Shown here in pieces: positions 12,901 through 21,900 of a stretch of 64,000 bases of DNA (position 1 is the first letter of the stretch; each line of letters starts with the position of its first letter). The stretch spans positions 337,645 through 401,644 of the forward strand of contig NMRA01000204.1 of the NCBI GenBank assembly GCA_002633005.1, given 5' to 3'. This DNA comes from Phoronis australis (Eukaryota > Animalia > Phoronida). The notes beneath the pieces are model-generated. The model searched no databases. It was not told the DNA's origin and worked only from the letters and a program-made list of their open reading frames with translations. The translations under genes were made by a program, and so were the position numbers.

Positions 12901-15900
12901 AGGCTCACTGTGATTATTTAGAGGTATGTTAGTTCTATGTCATAGTTTTTGATAGTCATGGTGGCGCTGTGCATTTCCCCCTTGTTCAATTTCAACTTAA
13001 ATTGTGTTTGTTTGTGGGAAGTACATNGGAACTTAAATTGGTTTTCGGAATGTGTTTGGTTGCAAGACACCTTTACAGACTACGTGTGTCTAAATGTAGT
13101 TTGCCAGACATACTGGAAACGCATATGTCCCCCATTATACCAGTTGTGAACAGGATCACGTTGGATTTAGCACAGTTGCAGTAATGTAAGATTGTGTATT
13201 CCGCAAATAATGTTAATGTATGCAAAACATGTGGTATTATTTGTGTTCACTTCTGAAGCCTTGGGTAGCAATTCAGAAAACACTGTTGAGAGCCTTCACA
13301 TTTAAACCTTGACTATTAATCCTTAAATTGTGCGTGTGTGTGATGGGCAAACCTTTACCAATTTGCCTCTTTTGTATGTTTGGTTGCAAGACATACGTTG
13401 ACGACCTCGCTGTGAACTTTGTAGGGCTGTATCTATAGCATAGACATTGTTACAAAGCAAAGCAATTTTTGTTCCTTGTAATCTTGACTGGTAAAGCTAA
13501 ATTTCGCTTTGTTTAAATGGCTAAAAAACTAAAATCAAATAAGGCCTTATCCTCTTGTATGATCGATGTCATAATATTCCTTACCCTGATAGAATTCTAT
13601 TTTCATTACCGGCGTTTTCTTTAGTCGCTGATAGTTTTGATGTTCCTGTTGGTAACAAAACAGAATTCTGTCAGGGTAAGGAATATTATGAGACCGATCT
13701 TATGAGAGTAATAGGCCTTATTTAATTTCCGTTTTTTAATCATCTAAACAGGGTAAAATGCAGCTTTAAATCTTTGTTACTGTCACTAGTCAGTGTTAAT
13801 TTCCAATCATTTTAGAAGCCAAGCAAGTCGTCTCATCGGAGAAGGGCAGATCCAGTGGTCAGTTTGTGTTCTATATTTGAACAGATTCTGAACGAAATGA
13901 GAGACATGCCCAATGTAAGTACGGTGATGAGGAGTGTATAAATAGTTATTTGTGATTTAGTTGGTAACAAAAAGGAAAACGACTTGCAAATTGGTTTATT
14001 TTACTTGCCAGCAATTGATGGTGCACACCACCTCACTTATTTCGTCACCTTCGGTACTGTGATCAGAGTGGTGAGTTATCCTAGTGGCAACTTATTCGCA
14101 AGTATGGGCGTGAAGTCAGGCCGAATCAAATGTGACGACTAGTGCAGACTGTCACGTTTTGCGATGACAAGTTAAGCGCGGTACCCTGTCGCTGATTATG
14201 TTCAGAAAGTTTTAACCAGTGACAATGGGATTCAGTACAGTTTTGTTTACATTTCTTTGTTATATTGCAATCTCTGGGTTAAAAAATCATTCTTGTTAGG
14301 ACGTTCATTTATTCATGTTAAGTTTATACTAAACTTTTCTCTGCAGACTGCACCTTTCCTATTTCCTGTGAACTCCAAACTAGTGCCGGACTATCACAGG
14401 ATTGTGAAGAACCCAATAGACATGCAGACTATACGAGAGGTACGGGTCAAGTGCCAATATTTTGAGTCTTATTTTCATTTTTATTTATGATTATTGATGC
14501 CCATTGTTTATTCAAATTTCTCAGTTTCACGTAGGCTTGAATTTAAAAAGCAATCAGTGAATATTATTACATTCAGGTTACCGATAATGCATCAAGACTT
14601 GGTGGTCTTAATAACTCTTGTAAGCCAACTGGCTCCACCATTTTGCTCAATCATTAAGCACTCAAAGCATCGAAGCCTAGGTTTCTCGATGCTGTTTCCA
14701 TCTTGTGTTTTCATAATCGACAAAAGTTGATTCAGTGAAGTAGTACGACTAGACACTCTGCTTAAGCTGCCTTGTCAATAAATTTACGGTCCTGTCTTCA
14801 GCATATCCGAGACAAGAAGTACATGTCACGTGAACTGTTCATTGCTGACGTCAACCAATTGGTAGAGAATAGTCGACTGTACAACGGGGCAAAGAGTACG
14901 TTAACAGCCACAGCACAGAACATGTTTGATCTTTGCCTGAGGAGACTGGCTGAGGTGGGCTGTTGTGTATAGCTATGCTGTAAAGTCTTGACGCTATGGT
15001 CATTTCCATGTCATTAATTTTTTTCTGTAGACTGCGATCTGGAATTGGCCATACAAAATTGGTATTTAAGGGTTTAACTGCTAGAAGCTTTGCTTTAGTG
15101 GTAATACAGGCTCCTTTTGAAATGTTGTATTATCTTTAGTGTCTTTATCATAGGTTTTTACCTTGGCTTAATGATAACAAGGATGACCTTGAGAAACCTG
15201 AGCATTCAGGCTGAAGCTGTGTTAAAAAGCAGTCACACTTTTTGAATGTTCTTTGATGTGAAGTTTAGAAAATTAGTGAGTTATTGTAATTCAGCTGGCT
15301 GTCTTTAAACTTTACCTGTATCAAAATATCATTTGTTCGAAATGCAACTTCAACCTTTTTGTTGCTTGTATAGCTATAAAACAAAAGTACGAACCTATTC
15401 TTATTGTTAGAAAGAACAAAATGAGATGTAATGATGTTCAATGGTCAAGTTCCGAAAAGGTTTTTCAGTAGTGAGATACAGCCTTAACAATGGACTCAAC
15501 ATCACTTCATAACAATTTTCTGATATAGTGGCAGCAGGATGAAATACACCTTGTCGCTAGGTGGCGCTACCGTAGTTTGTAGACAGTGTTCTGCATTCCT
15601 GTGTGGATTTTAAAATTAAAGTATTTTTCGAGACCACCATGCCATCAGATTGCCACTGTTGTTCTATTTGATAGTGCAACGATTGTCACAAAAATGTCCA
15701 ACGTCTCAAAATGTCCGCGAATGTAAAGAAATTGTATTTTGTCCCGGTCAACTCTACCCCTTTTACCATAATTAGAAAATGAGTCGAGCGAAAGCAGCTT
15801 TTGTGTTCTCGCAAAGCCAAAGGGGTGGATGTAGAATGTTTCCTATCTAATGGTCATTCCTGTCCTCACAGAAAGAAGACAAGTTAATGAGGCTGGAGAA

Positions 15901-18900
15901 GGCGATCAACCCATTGCTGGACGATGACGATCAAGTGTCGTTCTCCTTCATCCTGAAGAACATCATCTTGGACCACATGAAGGCTGTGGAAAACGTGAGT
16001 GGACGGGATAATGGCTTCCAGCCTTCATTAGCGTGTTACTCTCTCACCTCCTTTGATAGAGAGGTCTCCGGTCACCCTGGAAACTTTTGGGTTTTGTTTG
16101 TTTGCGTGTGCATCCACTTGCATATGTAGAAAGTTCTTGTTTGGTCAAAACAGTATTGATTTACTTAGTCTTACCTGTCTTAATGCTTGTATTCTCCTCA
16201 ATATTTGTCATGCTCATGGATTTTTTAAAAAAATTTTTGAAGACTCTAAAATTGATGTTTTAAATAGCAACAGTACAAGTACAAAAGAGAAACTTTAATC
16301 CTGTAATAACCAATTTCAATTACACTTGTTTTATTTAGTTTTAAAGTTGTTTGCCTCCGATGGGTGCTATTTTCTCTTCACTTCTCCACTAATTTGTTCT
16401 TTTGGTGTTGTTTCTTCCAGTCGTGGCCATTCCACAAGCCTGTGAACAAGAAGTTTGTCAAAGACTACTTCCAGGTCATCCAAACTCCTATGGATCTCCA
16501 GACACTTGTGGGGGTGAGCTGAAGGGAAATTATGGACAGGCTAGCTTAGATATAATCCAAGTTAACTCTTGCCAATGTATTGTTGGATATTATCCGAGCT
16601 AAGTCATGTTAATATATCATAAGGTGAATAGCTTAGATATAGTCCAAGTTAAGTTCTGCTAATATATCATGGGGTGAGTAGCTTTGATAAAGTCCGAGTT
16701 AAATCATGTTAATATATCGTGGGCTGAGTAGCTTAGATATAATCATCTCGAGTTCAGTAAACTGTTAATGTTTCTGCACAGAGGCTGGTCTCATGATCCC
16801 TGTTGTCACCTGGCTGGTAGAGAGGTCATTCATCTGTGTTGCTTTCCCATGGCATTGCTACCAGATGATTGCCAACATGTACACCCTTCACGCGTTTCTG
16901 GTTCACCCCAAGCACTTTGAAATCATTGACAGTCCTTGCCTATTTCAATTGTGAATGTTGTGAAAATTTGAGATATATTTGATGAGGACATCCATCGGCA
17001 GTTTTCCAGCTTGACAGTGAATGTGCCTAGTGGTGGTGCCACCTGTTGTGAGCCTGCTGTAAAGCATCACTATTCTCATTTTCCACACGTGCTTCACTTG
17101 TAGTTCATCTATTGTAGAACGTTGAGAAGCACAAGTACCATAACCGCGACCAGTTCCTTGAACACGTTGATCTCATCAAGACTAATAGTGAGAAGTATAA
17201 CGGCCCAGATAGTCAATACACCAAGACTGCTGGCAAGATGGTGGACCTGTGCAGACAGATGTTGGAGTTGGTATGGACTCTTTCAATGTTTGAATCTATC
17301 ACATTTTGTGTATCAGTGTAGACAGCTGAAGTGGGTAGAGCACTATTTATTGTTTGATTTTAGTTGCATGTCACGTACAAGGAGTCACAAGCCAGATTTG
17401 ATTTGAAAACCTTTGGAAACCATAGTAACTGCATTTCACAGGGTCCTTTTTAATGTAGGACTTCTTTACAAATCTTCATATTTAGCTAAATATCAAGAAA
17501 ACTGATTTTAACTTGGTAAAAATATTTTTTTCCGAAATTAGATGTTTGATTTTTGACTTTTTACCAATCTGTAATTAATAAGGTCTCGTGATCATGTCTT
17601 TTTAATATCAACCACATGACCAAATTCTATTTGATATAAATAACGAAGATGAGATATCAAAAATACTGTTACATTTTTCTAAAATATGATTTCATTTTCA
17701 TTTTGTAGAATTTACGATATTTTTTCATGAAAATCATAAAAGTCTTGTTTTTGATAACCTCTCATGCAACTTTGGAACATTGTGAACAGCTTTTTAGAAA
17801 ACAGTGCATGAAACACAGTGTCTCGTAGTNCAAGAAGTTTGTCAAAGACTACTTCCAGGTCATCCAAACTCCTATGGATCTCCAGACACTTGTGGGGGTG
17901 AGCTGAAGGGAAATTATGGGCAGGCTAGCTTAGATATAATCCAAGTTAACTCTTGCCAATGTATTGTTGGATATTATCCGAGCTAAGTCATGTTAATATA
18001 TCATGAGGTGAATAGCTTAGATATAGTCCAAGTTAAGTTCTGCTAATATATCATGGGGTGAGTAGCTTTGATAAAGTCCGAGTTAAATCATGCTAATACA
18101 TCGTCGGCTGAGTAGCTTAGATAGAATCATCTCGAGTTCAGTAAACTGTTAATGTTTCTGCACAGAGGCTGGTCTCATGATCCCTGTTGTCACCTGGCTG
18201 GTAGAGAGGTCATTCATCTGTTGCTTTCCCTTGGCATTGCTACCATATGATTGCCATCATGTGCGCCCTTCACACGTTTCTGGTTCACTCCAAGCACATT
18301 GAAATCATTGACAGTCCTTGCCTATTTCAATTGTGAATGTTGTGAAAATTCGAGATATATTTGATGAATTCATCGGCAGTTTTCCAGCTTGACAGTGAAT
18401 GTGCCTAGTGGTGGTGCCACCTGTTGTGAGCCCGCTGAAAAGCACCACTATTCTCATTTTCCATTCCTGCTTCACTCGTAGTTCGTCTATTGTAGAATGT
18501 TGAGAAGCACAAGTACCATAACCGCGACCAGTTCCTTGAACACGTTGATCTCATCAAGACTAATAGTGAGAAGTATAACGGCCCAGATAGTCAATACACC
18601 AAAACTGCTGGCAAGATGGTGGACCTGTGCAGACAGATGTTGGAGTTGGTATGGACTCTTTCAATGTTTGAATCTATCACATTTTGTGTATCAGTGTAGA
18701 CAGCTGAAGTGGGTAGAGCACTATTTATTGTTTGATTTTAGTTGCATGTCACGTACAAGGAGTCACAAGCCAGATTTGATTTGAAAACCTTTGGAAACCA
18801 TAGTAACTGCATTTCACAGGGTCCTTTTTATGACTGTTTTGAGGTAATGTAGGACTTCTTTACAAATCTTCATATTTAGCTAAATATCGAGAAAACTGAT

Positions 18901-21900
18901 TTTAACTTGGTAAAAATATTTTTTTCCGAAATTAGATGTTTGATTTTTGACTTTTTACCAATCTGTAATTAATAAGGTCTCGTGATCATGTCTTTTTAAT
19001 ATCAACCACATGACCAAATTCTATTTGATATAAATAACGAAGATGAGATATCAAAAATACTGTTACATTTTTCTAAAATATGATTTCATTTTCATTTTGG
19101 TAGAATTTACGATATTTTTTCATGAAAATCATAAAAGTCTTGTTTTTGATAACCTCTCATGCAACTTTGGAACATTGTGAACAGCTTTTTAGAAAACAGT
19201 GCATGAAACACAGTGTCTCGTAGTTTCGTATGAATCTGATCAGCCATTTCTGATATGTGGCATTCTGAAGTTAGCGAAATTCGGACTTTTTTCTTGGGTC
19301 CCACAAAACCTTAAATTCTTTCTGACTAGTCATAATCAGATATTGGTTTACTGCCTCTGAATTTTGAATTAACGTAATGGGGAAAATATCTTCCAACTGT
19401 AGATGCATTGTTGAAACATCAAAGTTCATGTGAACCCGATCAGCCATTTCTAAGTTGGACATTTTTCTAAGGTAATACATAACCTTTATGAAGTAAAAAC
19501 AGACTGTGTTCCTTGGAATTCCAGTTTCACACATTCCTCTGTGACTCTTACAGTCAAAGGCGTTAAATGGCCTGGGTTGTCTCATAATGACCTTACTGAA
19601 CATTTTTTTGTCTGAAGCTCGTTCAATTTCCCTGTCCACTTTGCTATTTGCAGCAAGACGAGCAGCTATGCCAGTTGGAGGCAGCCATTCACGCTGCCCA
19701 AGAGGCGGCGCTGGATGCAGCGGAGAGTGAGAGTGTCATGACGGGCACGTCATATATTGATGAGAGTAGTATGATGGGTGAGTAAGGACTGGTATACTGA
19801 GTTTGTTAACTAGTGCTCTGAGTGTAGCGGGGTTTGGATTGTGTGCAGCGTGAAAAATATTTCAGAGCATTTGTTTCACTGTGGAGCTTGTACTGCTGCC
19901 AACTCCAAAGTATTCCAACCATTGTGATGGCAATACAACCATTAGAATGTTTTGCATCCCATTAAATTTTGATGTACATTTGGTATCCAGTGTGGAGATG
20001 CGTATCATGATGTACAGACCATGTTGTTGCTGTGTTGACATGAATTATGTGACTCTACAGACCACTCCAAGGGACTGGCTTGGAGTAAACCTCTAAATTC
20101 TGGAAAATAAGTTGGTGTGAGAATAAGTATTTGATGATCAGATTATTTGGAATTGAAAACCTACATCACACACTGGTTCTCAAAATATGAACCCCCTGTA
20201 ATTGACCGTTTCCACTGTGTCTTCTAATTCTGTTACACCATTTTGTCTGTCACCCTAGTTCTATGTTGCTGTTGTATAAGTGCCAATATTATGAATATTA
20301 TTATTACTAATTATGTTTATAAGAAAACGAAGCCCTTGAAATGCAAATGCTTACACCATTCTTTTTTTACAATTTCATTCCTCCCATTCAAATAATACAA
20401 TGCTATGCAATACTGCACAATACTCGTTTACAAATTATTGGTCAACTGTACATATCTCATTCACTCATACGCATGCACACGCACTCGCATGCAGACACTC
20501 ACTCACAATCCTGTATCAATAGGTATGCAGGAGGTTTTCAAGCTATTTCAAAAGATTTGAAAAGGCGAAACTGTCTTGTTACACATTACGCATACATATA
20601 ACATGTACGCCATTGTTAATTTTCGTGAACTGACTGACCCCAAGACTGCATCCTGACGTTAGTCAGTTCAAAATGAAGCTTCAAAATAGTGGAAACACCC
20701 ACTGAAATATTTTGGGCTTCAAAAACATCTGATTGTTTTTGTACAAACATCGACTAGTGCCTGCTTATTTCAATTCGTGTTATTTGTGCTATTCGTTGTA
20801 TAGATGTGTAAGTTGTCGTATGTTGCTGTAACTCTCTTGTTCTGCTGCAGGTGCTGACTTAGAGAGTCTAGATAACTTGAGTCTGGCTGGCAGGGAGAAC
20901 GTTACCATTATTGAAGATGGTACAATAGCCGAGTCTTCACAAGACTTCCAGCAGGAGGTGGGTGTGTGGCAGGGTGTCTGTGTTTTGATTAAAGGGGTGG
21001 GGAAGGACATTTTTGCATTTTTGGAATTTTGACTTTAAATGGAAAACCGTGAACCAGCAGTAGTGGAAGAGCGTCTACAGTTGGATCTGAGGTCACGGTA
21101 CAGTTGACAATGTGTCTATTCACTCACTTGTGTTCAAATTTTTTACATCAAAATTGACATACCTCTTGAGAGTTGACCTTTTGACCTCATGTTGGCTTCT
21201 TTGTACTGTTAGTTTGTATTATTGTGATGTGTTGGTCTCATGATTGATTAAAGCAGTAGTGTACATAATCGGGTGTCGCAAAGTCATAGAATTCACCTTA
21301 AAGCCACAAGCAGCGTAACTTGGGTCAAACTAAAATGGCAAACTTTAACTGGAATGAATCAGGTTAGCGATGATGAGTCTTTCCTTTGAAACAATCGGTG
21401 GACTCCATTCTTTTATCGTGATTAATTAGGAATGATAACTCACTGTATTAAAAAAAACAGCAAAGGGCTCTATCACAAAACATGAACCAAAACAATATTT
21501 TTTTTTCAAAAATGGCACTTCATGGGCCTCTAACCATTGTCAGACTGTTGTGTGAGTATTGTGCTTTGTGCTACAGGACCTCTCTGTTACTTGTTCACGT
21601 CCTCACTTAAACCTGACATATACACTTTAGATGTCTCATATTAGTAGAGTTGGCTTTAGCAAAAAATTATTGCCTGGTTCAGCAGACACTTCTTATTCAT
21701 AGTTGAATGTAGTCACATGGTGCTATTATTTATTGTGCAGGTGATCCCAGGTGAGACTGACATTGTTGATATTGAGGGCGAAGGTGAGATGTTCTCAGTC
21801 ATACCTGGTCAGATGGAGGAGACAGCTGATGACATCATTGGTGAGTGAGCACACGGGGGGGTGGTGAAACAAGAAAGTTCAGTGAAATAACTTATGGTTT

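Larger units (their letters stand above)
16447..19224 (+). repeat. ~1.39-kb near-identical direct duplication around the single N at 17830
   Basis: 16447-17829 vs 17831-19224, differing by scattered SNPs and small indels. Confidence 0.93.

Noticed and set aside
12996-13393. Duplication near N13027 as another haplotype overlap
   Set aside because: Similarity (cttaaattgtg..., tgtttggttgcaagaca) is short and diverged and is not bounded by the N; it looks like an old local duplication.
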